A stretch of 64,000 nt of DNA from the human T2T-CHM13v2.0 reference genome, Homo sapiens. Numbering within the stretch: position 1 is the stretch's first letter; each line of letters starts with the position of its first letter. The position numbers and the translations under genes are program-made. The DNA is taken from the NCBI RefSeq assembly GCF_009914755.1, contig NC_060930.1; one strand, given 5' to 3'. The notes under the pieces were generated by a model. It was not told the origin of the DNA. It saw nothing but the letters and a program-made list of their open reading frames with translations, and made no database searches. Of this stretch, positions 1 through 11,722 are shown in pieces.

Positions 1-293
1 TCTCAGTAACTTCTTCGGATGTGTGCATTCGACGCACAGAATGGAACATTCCCTTTGATAGAGCAGTTTTGAGACACCGTTTTTGTAGAATTCCCAAGTG
101 GATATTTAGAGCACTTTGAAGTCTCTGCTAGAAAAGGAAACATCTTCATGTAAAAAGTAGATAGAATCGTTCTCAGAAAGTGCTTAGTGACGTGTGCGTT
201 CAACTCACAGAGTTTAACGTTTCTTTTGATAGAGCGTTTCTGAAACACCCTTCTTGTAGTAGCTGCAAGTGGATATTTGGACCTATTGGAGGC

Positions 294-310
294 CTTCTTT
301 GGAAATGGGA
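294..310 (+). other. Degenerate (predicted non-binding) CENP-B box in m2, fixed in all units
   Basis: CTTCTTTGGAAATGGGA: both essential CpGs are lost. m7 carries a similarly degenerate ATTCTTTGGAAAAGGGA near 1144-1160. Confidence 0.85.
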
Positions 311-803
311 TTTCTTCATGTAACTCTAGATTGAAGAGTTCTCAGAAACTCCTTTGTGATGTGTGCATTCAATTCAAAGAGTGAAACCTCCCTTTTCACA
401 GAGCAGTTTTGAAACACTGTTTTTGTAGGATTTCCAAGGGGATATTTATAGCGCATTGAGCCTACGGCGGAAAAAGAAACATCTTCCTATAAAAACTAGA
501 CAGAATACTTCTCAGAATCTGCTTTGCGATGTGTGCGTTCAACTCACAGAGTAAAACCTTTCTTTTGATAGAGCAGTTTTGAAACACTCTTTTTGTAGTA
601 TTTGCATGTGTATATTTAGAGCGCATTGAAGCCCACAGTAGAAAAGGAAATAACTTCACCTAAAACCTAGACAGAAGCAATCTCAGAAACTACTTTGTGA
701 TGTGTACATTCAACTCACAGAGTGGAACTTTCCTCTTTATAGAGCAGTGTTGAAACACTCTTTTTGTAGAAACTGCAAGTGGATATTTGGACCTCTTTGA
801 GGC

Positions 804-820
804 CTTCGTTGGAAACGGGA
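804..820 (+). promoter_or_regulatory. CENP-B box in m5 (repeated in every unit)
   Basis: CTTCGTTGGAAACGGGA, exact match to the consensus. Confidence 0.95.
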
Positions 821-1485
821 TTTCTTCCTATAACCCTAGACAGAAGAATTTTCAGAAACCTCATTGTGATGTGTGCGTTCATCTCACAGAGTGGAGTCTT
901 CCGTTTGATAGAGAAGTTTTGAAACCCTGTTCTTGTAGGATTTCCAAGTGGATATTTAGACCACTTTGAAGCCTATGATAGAAAAGGAAACATCTTCATG
1001 GAAAACATAGATAGAATCATCCTCAGAAACAACTTTGTGATGTGTGCGTTGAACTCACCGTCTTTAACCTTTCTTTTGGTAGAGAAGTTTTGAAACACTC
1101 TCTTTGTAAAGTCTACAAGTGGATATTTTGAGCCCTTGGAGGCATTCTTTGGAAAAGGGAATGTCTTCACATAAAAGGCAGACGGAAGTGTTCTCAGAAA
1201 CTGCTTTGTGATGTCTGTGTTCAACTCACAGAGTTTAACATTTCCTTTGATAGAGCGGTTTAGTAACCCTCTCTTTGTAGAATTTGGAAGTGTATACTAA
1301 GAGCGCTTTGAGGCCTATGGTAGAAAAGGAAATATCTTTCCATAAAAGCTAGACAGAAGCAATCTCAGAAACTCCTTTGTGATGTCTGCATTCAACTCAC
1401 CGAGTGGAACATTCCTCTTGATAGAGCAGTTTGGAAACACTCTTTCTGTAGAATCAGCTTGTTTGTATTTGGACCTCCTTGAGGC

Positions 1486-1502
1486 CTTCGTTGGAAACGG
1501 GT
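1486..1502 (+). promoter_or_regulatory. CENP-B box in m9 (terminal A>T variant, core intact; in every unit)
   Basis: CTTCGTTGGAAACGGGT keeps the core nTTCGnnnnAnnCGGGn. Confidence 0.9.
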
Positions 1503-1825
1503 TTTCATCTTATAAACCCAGACAGAAGAATTCTCAGAGTCTTCTTTGTGATGTGTGCTTTCAACTCACCGAGATAAAGATTTCTCTTGATAGAGCAATT
1601 TGGAAACACTCTTTTTGTAGAATTTGCAAGGGTACATTGAGAGCGCTTTCAGGCCTATGGTAGAAAAGGGAATATCTTTCCATAAAAGGTAGACAGAAGC
1701 AATCTCAGAAACTACTTTGTGATGTGTGCATTCAACTCACCGAGTGCAACGTTCCTCTTGACCGAGCAGTTTGGAAACATTGTTTCTGTAGAATCTGCAA
1801 GTGGATATTTGGACCTCTTTGAGGC

Positions 1826-1842
1826 CTTCGTTGGAAACGGGA
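1826..1842 (+). promoter_or_regulatory. CENP-B box in m11 (in every unit)
   Basis: CTTCGTTGGAAACGGGA. Confidence 0.95.
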
Positions 1843-1914
1843 TTTCTTCCTATAAACCCAGACAGAAGAATTCTCAGAGACTTCTTTGTGATGTGTGAAT
1901 TCAACTCACAGTGT

Positions 1915-1920
1915 GGATCC
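1915..1920. other. BamHI site GGATCC in m12, once per HOR unit
   Basis: GTGTGGATCCTTCC recurs once per unit, predicting ~3.06 kb and ~2.55 kb BamHI fragments. Confidence 0.85.
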
Positions 1921-2165
1921 TTCCTTTTGATAGAGCAGTTTTGAAACCCTGTTTTTGTAGTATTTCCAAGCGGATATTTGGAACGCCTTGAAGCGTATGG
2001 TAGAAAAGGAAATATCTTCCCATAAAACCTAGACAGAACCAATCTCAGAAACGACTTTGTGATGTCTGCATTCAAGTCACAGAGTTGAACATTTCTCTTG
2101 ATAGAGCAGTTTTGAAACCCTCTTTCTGAAGGATCTGCAAGTGGATATTTGGAACTCCTTTGGGT

Positions 2166-2182
2166 CTTCGTTGGAAACGGGA
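2166..2182 (+). promoter_or_regulatory. CENP-B box in m13 (in every unit)
   Basis: CTTCGTTGGAAACGGGA. Confidence 0.95.
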
Positions 2183-2505
2183 TTTCTTCGTATAAATCTA
2201 GACAGAAGAATTCTCAGAAACTTCCTTGTGATGTGTGCATTCAACTCAGCGAGTGGCACCTTCCTTTGGATACAGCAGTTTTGAAACACTGTTTTTGTAG
2301 TATTTCCAAGCGGATATTTAGAGCGCCTTGAAGCCTATGCTAGAAATGGAAATATCTCCCCATAAAACCAAGACAGAAGCAATCTCAGAAACTAATGTGT
2401 GATGGCTGCATTCCACACACACGGTGGACCATTTCTCTTGATAGAGCAGTTTTGAAACACTCTTTCTGTAGAATCTGCAAGTGGATAATTGGACCTCCTA
2501 GAGGC

Positions 2506-2522
2506 CTTCGTTGGAAACGGGA
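2506..2522 (+). promoter_or_regulatory. CENP-B box in m18 (last monomer of each complete unit; mutated in unit 15)
   Basis: CTTCGTTGGAAACGGGA. Confidence 0.95.
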
Positions 2523-5053
2523 TTTCTTCATCTAAACCTACAGAGAAGTATTCTCAGTAACTTCTTCGGATGTGTGCACTCGACGCACAGAATGGAACAT
2601 TCCCTTTGATAGAGCAGTTTTGAGACACCGTTTTTGTAGAATTCCCAAGTGGATATTTAGAGCACTTTGAAGTCTCTGCTAGAAAAGGAAACATCTTCAT
2701 GTAAAAAGTAGATAGAATCGTTCTCAGAAAGTGCTTAGTGTCGTGTGCGTTCAACTCACAGAGTTTAACGTTTCTTTTGATAGAGCTTTTCTGAAACACC
2801 CTTCTTGTAGTAGCTGCAAGTGGATATTTGGACCTATTGGAGGCCTTCTTTGGAAATGGGATTTCTTCATGTAACTCTAGATTGAAGAATTCTCAGAAAC
2901 TCCTTTGTGATGTGTGCATTCAATTCAAAGAGTGAAACCTCCCTTTTCACAGAGCAGTTTTGAAACACTGTTTTTGTAGGATTTCCAAGGGGATATTTAT
3001 AGCGCATTGAGCCTACGGCGGAAAAAGAAACATCTTCCTATAAAAACTAGACAGAATACTTCTCAGAATCTGCTTTGCGATGTGTGCGTTCAACTCACAG
3101 AGTAAAACTTTTCTTTTGATAGAGCAGTTTTGAAACACTCTTTTTGTAGTATTTGCATGTGTATATTTAGAGCGCATTGAAGCCCACAGTAGAAAAGGAA
3201 ATAACTTCACCTAAAACCTAGACAGAAGCAATCACAGAAACTACTTTGTGATGTGTACATTCAACTCACAGAGTGGAACTTTCCTCTTTATAGAGCAGTG
3301 TTGAAACACTCTTTTTGTAGAAACTGCAAGTGGATATTTGGACCTCTTTGAGGCCTTCGTTGGAAACGGGATTTCTTCCTATAACCCTAGACAGAAGAAT
3401 TTTCAGAAACCTCATTGTGATGTGTGCGTTCATCTCACAGAGTGGAGTCTTCCGTTTGATAGAGAAGTTTTGAAACCCTGTTCTTGTAGGATTTCCAAGT
3501 GGATATTTAGACCACTTTGAAGCCTATGATAGAAAAGGAAACATCTTCATGGAAAACATAGATAGAATCATCCTCAGAAACAACTTTGTGATGTGTGCGT
3601 TGAACTCACCGTCTTTAACCTTTCTTTTGGTAGAGAAGTTTTGAAACACTCTCTTTGTAAAGTCTACAAGTGGATATTTTGAGCCCTTGGAGGCATTCTT
3701 TGGAAAAGGGAATGTCTTCACATAAAAGGCAGACGGAAGTGTTCTCAGAAACTGCTTTGTGATGTCTGTGTTCAACTCACAGAGTTTAACATTTCCTTTG
3801 ATAGAGCGGTTTAGTAACCCTCTCTTTGTAGAATTTGGAAGTGTATACTAAGAGCGCTTTGAGGCCTATGGTAGAAAAGGAAATATCTTTCCATAAAAGC
3901 TAGACAGAAGCAATCTCAGAAACTCCTCTGTGATGTCTGCATTCAACTCACCGAGTGGAACATTCCTCTTGATAGAGCAGTTTGGAAACACTCTTTCTGT
4001 AGAATCAGCTTGTTTGTATTTGGACCTCCTTGAGGCCTTCGTTGGAAACGGGTTTTCATCTTATAAACCCAGACAGAAGAATTCTCAGAGTCTTCTTTGT
4101 GATGTGTGCTTTCAACTCACCGAGATAAAGATTTCTCTTGATAGAGCAATTTGGAAACACTCTTTTTGTAGAATTTGCAAGGGTACATTGAGAGCGCTTT
4201 CAGGCCTATGGTAGAAAAGGGAATATCTTTCCATAAAAGGTAGACAGAAGCAATCTCAGAAACTACTTTGTGATGTGTGCATTCAACTCACCGAGTGCAA
4301 CGTTCCTCTTGACCGAGCAGTTTGGAAACATTGTTTCTGTAGAATCTGCAAGTGGATATTTGGACCTCTTTGAGGCCTTCGTTGGAAACGGGATTTCTTC
4401 CTATAAACCCAGACAGAAGAATTCTCAGAGACTTCTTTGTGATGTGTGAATTCAACTCACAGTGTGGATCCTTCCTTTTGATAGAGCAGTTTTGAAACCC
4501 TGTTTTTGTAGTATTTCCAAGCGGATATTTGGAACGCCTTGAAGCGTATGGTAGAAAAGGAAATATCTTCCCATAAAACCTAGACAGAACCAATCTCAGA
4601 AACGACTTTGTGATGTCTGCATTCAAGTCACAGAGTTGAACATTTCTCTTGATAGAGCAGTTTTGAAACCCTCTTTCTGAAGGATCTGCAAGTGGATATT
4701 TGGAACTCCTTTGGGTCTTCGTTGGAAACGGGATTTCTTCGTATAAATCTAGACAGAAGAATTCTCCGAAACTTCTTTGGTTGTGTGCATTCAAGTCACA
4801 GAGTGGAACCTTCCTTTGGATAGAGCAGTTTGAAACGCCGTGGTTGTAGTATTTCCAAGCGGATATTAGAGCGCCTTGAGGCCTATGGTAGAAAAGGAAA
4901 TATCTTCCCATAAAACCTAGACGGAAGCAATCTCAGAAACTACTGTGTGATGGCTGCATTCCACACACACGGTGGAACATTTCTCTTGATAGAGCAGTTT
5001 TGAAACACTCTTTCTGTAGAATCTGCAAGTGGATAATTGGACCGCCTTGAGGC

Positions 5054-5070
5054 CTTCGTTGGAAACGGGA
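5054..5070 (+). promoter_or_regulatory. CENP-B box in m15 (18-mers only)
   Basis: CTTCGTTGGAAACGGGA. Confidence 0.95.
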
Positions 5071-5222
5071 TTTCTTCATGTTACTCTAGATAGAAGAATT
5101 CTCAAACACTGCTATGTGATGTTTGCATTCAAGTCACAGAGTGCAACATTCCTCTTGGTAGAGCAGTTGGGAAACACTCCTTTTGTAGAATCTGCAATGG
5201 GATATTTGGACTTCTTTGAGGC

Positions 5223-5239
5223 CTTCGTTGGAAACGGGA
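5223..5239 (+). promoter_or_regulatory. CENP-B box in m16 (18-mers only)
   Basis: CTTCGTTGGAAACGGGA, 169 bp after the m15 box. Confidence 0.95.
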
Positions 5240-5608
5240 TTTCTTCGTATGAATCTAGACAGAAGAATTCTCAGAAACTTCCTTGTGATGTGTGCATTCA
5301 ACTCAGCGAGTGGCACCTTCCTTTGGATACAGCAGTTTTGAAACACTGTTTTTGTAGTATTTCCAAGCGGATATTTAGAGCGCCTTGAAGCCTATGCTAG
5401 AAATGGAAATATCTCCCCATAAAACCAAGACGGAAGCAATCTCAGAAACTAATGTGTGATGGCTGCATTCCACACACACGGTGGACCATTTCTCTTGATA
5501 GAGCAGTTTTGAAACACTCTTTCTGTAGAATCTGCAAGTGGATAATTGGACCTCCTAGAGGCCTTCGTTGGAAACGGGATTTCTTCATCTAAACCTACAG
5601 AGAAGAAT

Positions 5609-8600
5609 TCTCAGTAACTTCTTCGGATGTGTGCATTCGACGCACAGAATGGAACATTCCCTTTGATAGAGCAGTTTTGAGACACCGTTTTTGTAGAATT
5701 CCCAAGTGGATATTTAGAGCACTTTGAAGTCTCTGCTAGAAAAGGAAACATCTTCATGTAAAAAGTAGATAGAATCGTTCTCAGAAAGTGCTTAGTGACG
5801 TGTGCGTTCAACTCACAGAGTTTAACGTTTCTTTTGATAGAGCGTTTCTGAAACACCCTTCTTGTAGTAGCTGCAAGTGGATATTTGGACCTATTGGAGG
5901 CCTTCTTTGGAAATGGGATTTCTTCATGTAACTCTAGATTGAAGAGTTCTCAGAAACTCCTTTGTGATGTGTGCATTCAATTCAAAGAGTGAAACCTCCC
6001 TTTTCACAGAGCAGTTTTGAAACACTGTTTTTGTAGGATTTCCAAGGGGATATTTATAGCGCATTGAGCCTACGGCGGAAAAAGAAACATCTTCCTATAA
6101 AAACTAGACAGAATACTTCTCAGAATCTGCTTTGCGATGTGTGCGTTCAACTCACAGAGTAAAACTTTTCTTTTGATAGAGCAGTTTTGAAACACTCTTT
6201 TTGTAGTATTTGCATGTGTATATTTAGAGCGCATTGAAGCCCACAGTAGAAAAGGAAATAACTTCACCTAAAACCTAGACAGAAGCAATCTCAGAAACTA
6301 CTTTGTGATGTGTACATTCAACTCACAGAGTGGAACTTTCCTCTTTATAGAGCAGTGTTGAAACACTCTTTTTGTAGAAACTGCAAGTGGATATTTGGAC
6401 CTCTTTGAGGCCTTCGTTGGAAACGGGATTTCTTCCTATAACCCTAGACAGAAGAATTTTCAGAAACCTCATTGTGATGTGTGCGTTCATCTCACAGAGT
6501 GGAGTCTTCCGTTTGATAGAGAAGTTTTGAAACCCTGTTCTTGTAGGATTTCCAAGTGGATATTTAGACCACTTTGAAGCCTATGATAGAAAAGGAAACA
6601 TCTTCATGGAAAACATAGATAGAATCATCCTCAGAAACAACTTTGTGATGTGTGCGTTGAACTCACCGTCTTTAACCTTTCTTTTGGTAGAGAAGTTTTG
6701 AAACACTCTCTTTGTAAAGTCTACAAGTGGATATTTTGAGCCCTTGGAGGCATTCTTTGGAAAAGGGAATGTCTTCACATAAAAGGCAGACGGAAGTGTT
6801 CTCAGAAACTGCTTTGTGATGTCTGTGTTCAACTCACAGAGTTTAACATTTCCTTTGATAGAGCGGTTTAGTAACCCTCTCTTTGTAGAATTTGGAAGTG
6901 TATACTAAGAGCGCTTTGAGGCCTATGGTAGAAAAGGAAATATCTTTCCATAAAAGCTAGACAGAAGCAATCTCAGAAACTCCTTTGTGATGTCTGCATT
7001 CAACTCACCGAGTGGAACATTCCTCTTGAGAGAGCAGTTTGGAAACACTCTTTCTGTAGAATCAGCTTGTTTGTATTTGGACCTCCTTGAGGCCTTCGTT
7101 GGAAACGGGTTTTCATCTTATAAACCCAGACAGAAGAATTCTCAGAGTCTTCTTTGTGATGTGTGCTTTCAACTCACCGAGATAAAGATTTCTCTTGATA
7201 GAGCAATTTGGAAACACTCTTTTTGTAGAATTTGCAAGGGTACATTGAGAGCGCTTTCAGGCCTATGGTAGAAAAGGGAATATCTTTCCATAAAAGGTAG
7301 ACAGAAGCAATCTCAGAAACTACTTTGTGATGTGTGCATTCAACTCACCGAGTGCAACGTTCCTCTTGACCGAGCAGTTTGGAAACATTGTTTCTGTAGA
7401 ATCTGCAAGTGGATATTTGGACCTCTTTGAGGCCTTCGTTGGAAACGGGATTTCTTCCTATAAACCCAGACAGAAGAATTCTCAGAGACTTCTTTGTGAT
7501 GTGTGAATTCAACTCACAGTGTGGATCCTTCCTTTTGATAGAGCAGTTTTGAAACCCTGTTTTTGTAGTATTTCCAAGCGGATATTCGGAACGCCTTGAA
7601 GCGTATGGTAGAAAAGGAAATATCTTCCCATAAAACCTAGACAGAACCAATCTCAGAAACGACTTTGTGATGTCTGCATTCAAGTCACAGAGTTGAACAT
7701 TTCTCTTGATAGAGCAGTTTTGAAACCCTCTTTCTGAAGGATCTGCAAGTGGATATTTGGAACTCCTTTGGGTCTTCGTTGGAAACGGGATTTCTTCGTA
7801 TAAATCTAGACAGAAGAATTCTCCGAAACTTCTTTGGTTGTGTGCATTCAAGTCACAGAGTGGAACCTTCCTTTGGATAGAGCAGTTTGAAACGCCGTGG
7901 TTGTAGTATTTCCAAGCGGATATTAGAGCGCCTTGAGGCCTATGGTAGAAAAGGAAATATCTTCCCATAAAACCTAGACGGAAGCAATCTCAGAAACTAC
8001 TGTGTGATGGCTGCATTCCACACACACGGTGGAACATTTCTCTTGATAGAGCAGTTTTGAAACACTCTTTCTGTAGAATCTGCAAGTGGATAATTGGACC
8101 GCCTTGAGGCCTTCGTTGGAAACGGGATTTCTTCATGTTACTCTAGATAGAAGAATTCTCAAACACTGCTATGTGATGTTTGCATTCAAGTCACAGAGTG
8201 CAACATTCCTCTTGGTAGAGCAGTTGGGAAACACTCCTTTTGTAGAATCTGCAATGGGATATTTGGACTTCTTTGAGGCCTTCGTTGGAAACGGGATTTC
8301 TTCGTATGAATCTAGACAGAAGAATTCTCAGAAACTTCCTTGTGATGTGTGCATTCAACTCAGCGAGTGGCACCTTCCTTTGGATACAGCAGTTTTGAAA
8401 CACTGTTTTTGTAGTATTTCCAAGCGGATATTTAGAGCGCCTTGAAGCCTATGCTAGAAATGGAAATATCTCCCCATAAAACCAAGACAGAAGCAATCTC
8501 AGAAACTAATGTGTGATGGCTGCATTCCACACACACGGTGGCCCATTTCTCTTGATAGAGCAGTTTTGAAACACTCTTTCTGTAGAATCTGCAAGTGGAT

Positions 8601-11600
8601 AATTGGACCTCCTAGAGGCCTTCGTTGGAAACGGGATTTCTTCATCTAAACCTACAGAGAAGAATTCTCAGTAACTTCTTCGGATGTGTGCATTCGACGC
8701 ACAGAATGGAACATTCCCTTTGATAGAGCAGTTTTGAGACACCGTTTTTGTAGAATTCCCAAGTGGATATTTAGAGCACTTTGAAGTCTCTGCTAGAAAA
8801 GGAAACATCTTCATGTAAAAAGTAGATAGAATCGTTCTCAGAAAGTGCTTAGTGACGTGTGCGTTCAACTCACAGAGTTTAACGTTTCTTTTGATAGAGC
8901 GTTTCTGAAACACCCTTCTTGTAGTAGCTGCAAGTGGATATTTGGACCTATTGGAGGCCTTCTTTGGAAATGGGATTTCTTCATGTAACTCTAGATTGAA
9001 GAGTTCTCAGAAACTCCTTTGTGATGTGTGCATTCAATTCAAAGAGTGAAACCTCCCTTTTCACAGAGCAGTTTTGAAACACTGTTTTTGTAGGATTTCC
9101 AAGGGGATATTTATAGCGCATTGAGCCTACGGCGGAAAAAGAAACATCTTCCTATAAAAACTAGACAGAATACTTCTCAGAATCTGCTTTGCGATGTGTG
9201 CGTTCAACTCACAGAGTAAAACTTTTCTTTTGATAGAGCAGTTTTGAAACACTCTTTTTGTAGTATTTGCATGTGTATATTTAGAGCGCATTGAAGCCCA
9301 CAGTAGAAAAGGAAATAACTTCACCTAAAACCTAGACAGAAGCAATCTCAGAAACTACTTTGTGATGTGTACATTCAACTCACAGAGTGGAACTTTCCTC
9401 TTTATAGAGCAGTGTTGAAACACTCTTTTTGTAGAAACTGCAAGTGGATATTTGGACCTCTTTGAGGCCTTCGTTGGAAACGGGATTTCTTCCTATAACC
9501 CTAGACAGAAGAATTTTCAGAAACCTCATTGTGATGTGTGCGTTCATCTCACAGAGTGGAGTCTTCCGTTTGATAGAGAAGTTTTGAAACCCTGTTCTTG
9601 TAGGATTTCCAAGTGGATATTTAGACCACTTTGAAGCCTATGATAGAAAAGGAAACATCTTCATGGAAAACATAGATAGAATCATCCTCAGAAACAACTT
9701 TGTGATGTGTGCGTTGAACTCACCGTCTTTAACCTTTCTTTTGGTAGAGAAGTTTTGAAACACTCTCTTTGTAAAGTCTACAAGTGGATATTTTGAGCCC
9801 TTGGAGGCATTCTTTGGAAAAGGGAATGTCTTCACATAAAAGGCAGACGGAAGTGTTCTCAGAAACTGCTTTGTGATGTCTGTGTTCAACTCACAGAGTT
9901 TAACATTTCCTTTGATAGAGCGGTTTAGTAACCCTCTCTTTGTAGAATTTGGAAGTGTATACTAAGAGCGCTTTGAGGCCTATGGTAGAAAAGGAAATAT
10001 CTTTCCATAAAAGCTAGACAGAAGCAATCTCAGAAACTCCTTTGCGATGTCTGCATTCAACTCACCGAGTGGAACATTCCTCTTGAGAGAGCAGTTTGGA
10101 AACACTCTTTCTGTAGAATCAGCTTGTTTGTATTTGGACCTCCTTGAGGCCTTCGTTGGAAACGGGTTTTCATCTTATAAACCCAGACAGAAGAATTCTC
10201 AGAGTCTTCTTTGTGATGTGTGCTTTCAACTCACCGAGATAAAGATTTCTCTTGATAGAGCAATTTGGAAACACTCTTTTTGTAGAATTTGCAAGGGTAC
10301 ATTGAGAGCGCTTTCAGGCCTATGGTAGAAAAGGGAATATCTTTCCATAAAAGGTAGACAGAAGCAATCTCAGAAACTACTTTGTGATGTGTGCATTCAA
10401 CTCACCGAGTGCAACGTTCCTCTTGACCGAGCAGTTTGGAAACATTGTTTCTGTAGAATCTGCAAGTGGATATTTGGACCTCTTTGAGGCCTTCGTTGGA
10501 AACGGGATTTCTTCCTATAAACCCAGACAGAAGAATTCTCAGAGACTTCTTTGTGATGTGTGAATTCAACTCACAGTGTGGATCCTTCCTTTTGATAGAG
10601 CAGTTTTGAAACCCTGTTTTTGTAGTATTTCCAAGCGGATATTCGGAACGCCTTGAAGCGTACGGTAGAAAAGGAAATATCTTCCCATAAAACCTAGACA
10701 GAACCAATCTCAGAAACGACTTTGTGATGTCTGCATTCAAGTCACAGAGTTGAACATTTCTCTTGATAGAGCAGTTTTGAAACCCTCTTTCTGAAGGATC
10801 TGCAAGTGGATATTTGGAACTCCTTTGGGTCTTCGTTGGAAACGGGATTTCTTCGTATAAATCTAGACAGAAGAATTCTCCGAAACTTCTTTGGTTGTGT
10901 GCATTCAAGTCACAGAGTGGAACCTTCCTTTGGATAGAGCAGTTTGAAACGCCGTGGTTGTAGTATTTCCAAGCGGATATTAGAGCGCCTTGAGGCCTAT
11001 GGTAGAAAAGGAAATATCTTCCCATAAAACCTAGACGGAAGCAATCTCAGAAACTACTGTGTGATGGCTGCATTCCACACACACGGTGGAACATTTCTCT
11101 TGATAGAGCAGTTTTGAAACACTCTTTCTGTAGAATCTGCAAGTGGATAATTGGACCGCCTTGAGGCCTTCGTTGGAAACGGGATTTCTTCATGTTACTC
11201 TAGATAGAAGAATTCTCAAACACTGCTATGTGATGTTTGCATTCAAGTCACAGAGTGCAACATTCCTCTTGGTAGAGCAGTTGGGAAACACTCCTTTTGT
11301 AGAATCTGCAATGGGATATTTGGACTTCTTTGAGGCCTTCGTTGGAAACGGGATTTCTTCGTATGAATCTAGACAGAAGAATTCTCAGAAACTTCCTTGT
11401 GATGTGTGCATTCAACTCAGCGAGTGGCACCTTCCTTTGGATACAGCAGTTTTGAAACACTGTTTTTGTAGTATTTCCAAGCGGATATTTAGAGCGCCTT
11501 GAAGCCTATGCTAGAAATGGAAATATCTCCCCATAAAACCAAGACGGAAGCAATCTCAGAAACTAATGTGTGATGGCTGCATTCCACACACACGGTGGAC

Positions 11601-11722
11601 CATTTCTCTTGATAGAGCAGTTTTGAAACACTCTTTCTGTAGAATCTGCAAGTGGATAATTGGACCTCCTAGAGGCCTTCGTTGGAAACGGGATTTCTTC
11701 ATCTAAACCTACAGAGAAGAAT
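5609..11722 (+). repeat. HOR units 3-4: two 18-mers (5609-8665, 8666-11722)
   Basis: 3057 bp spacing of the unit-start motif TCTCAGTAACTTCTTCGG; m14-m16 present. Confidence 0.95.

Larger units (their letters stand above)
1..2551 (+). repeat. HOR unit 1: 15-mer variant S (2551 bp, lacks m14-m16)
   Basis: Monomer starts at 1,171,340,510,681,850,1021,1192,1363,1532,1703,1872,2043,2212,2383; next TCTCAGTAAC at 2552. Confidence 0.95.
2552..5608 (+). repeat. HOR unit 2: canonical 18-mer L (3057 bp)
   Basis: Contains the extra monomers m14 (4763-4930), m15 (4931-5099) and m16 (5100-5268), 506 bp in total. Confidence 0.95.

Noticed and set aside
487-496. TATA-like motifs (CTATAAAAAC, TATAAA) in several monomers
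   Set aside because: These are ordinary AT-rich parts of the alphoid monomer, and the sequence alone gives no support for promoter function
2413-2422. CCACACACAC short CA run in m15/m18
   Set aside because: Too short and invariant in length to be a microsatellite; it is a fixed monomer feature
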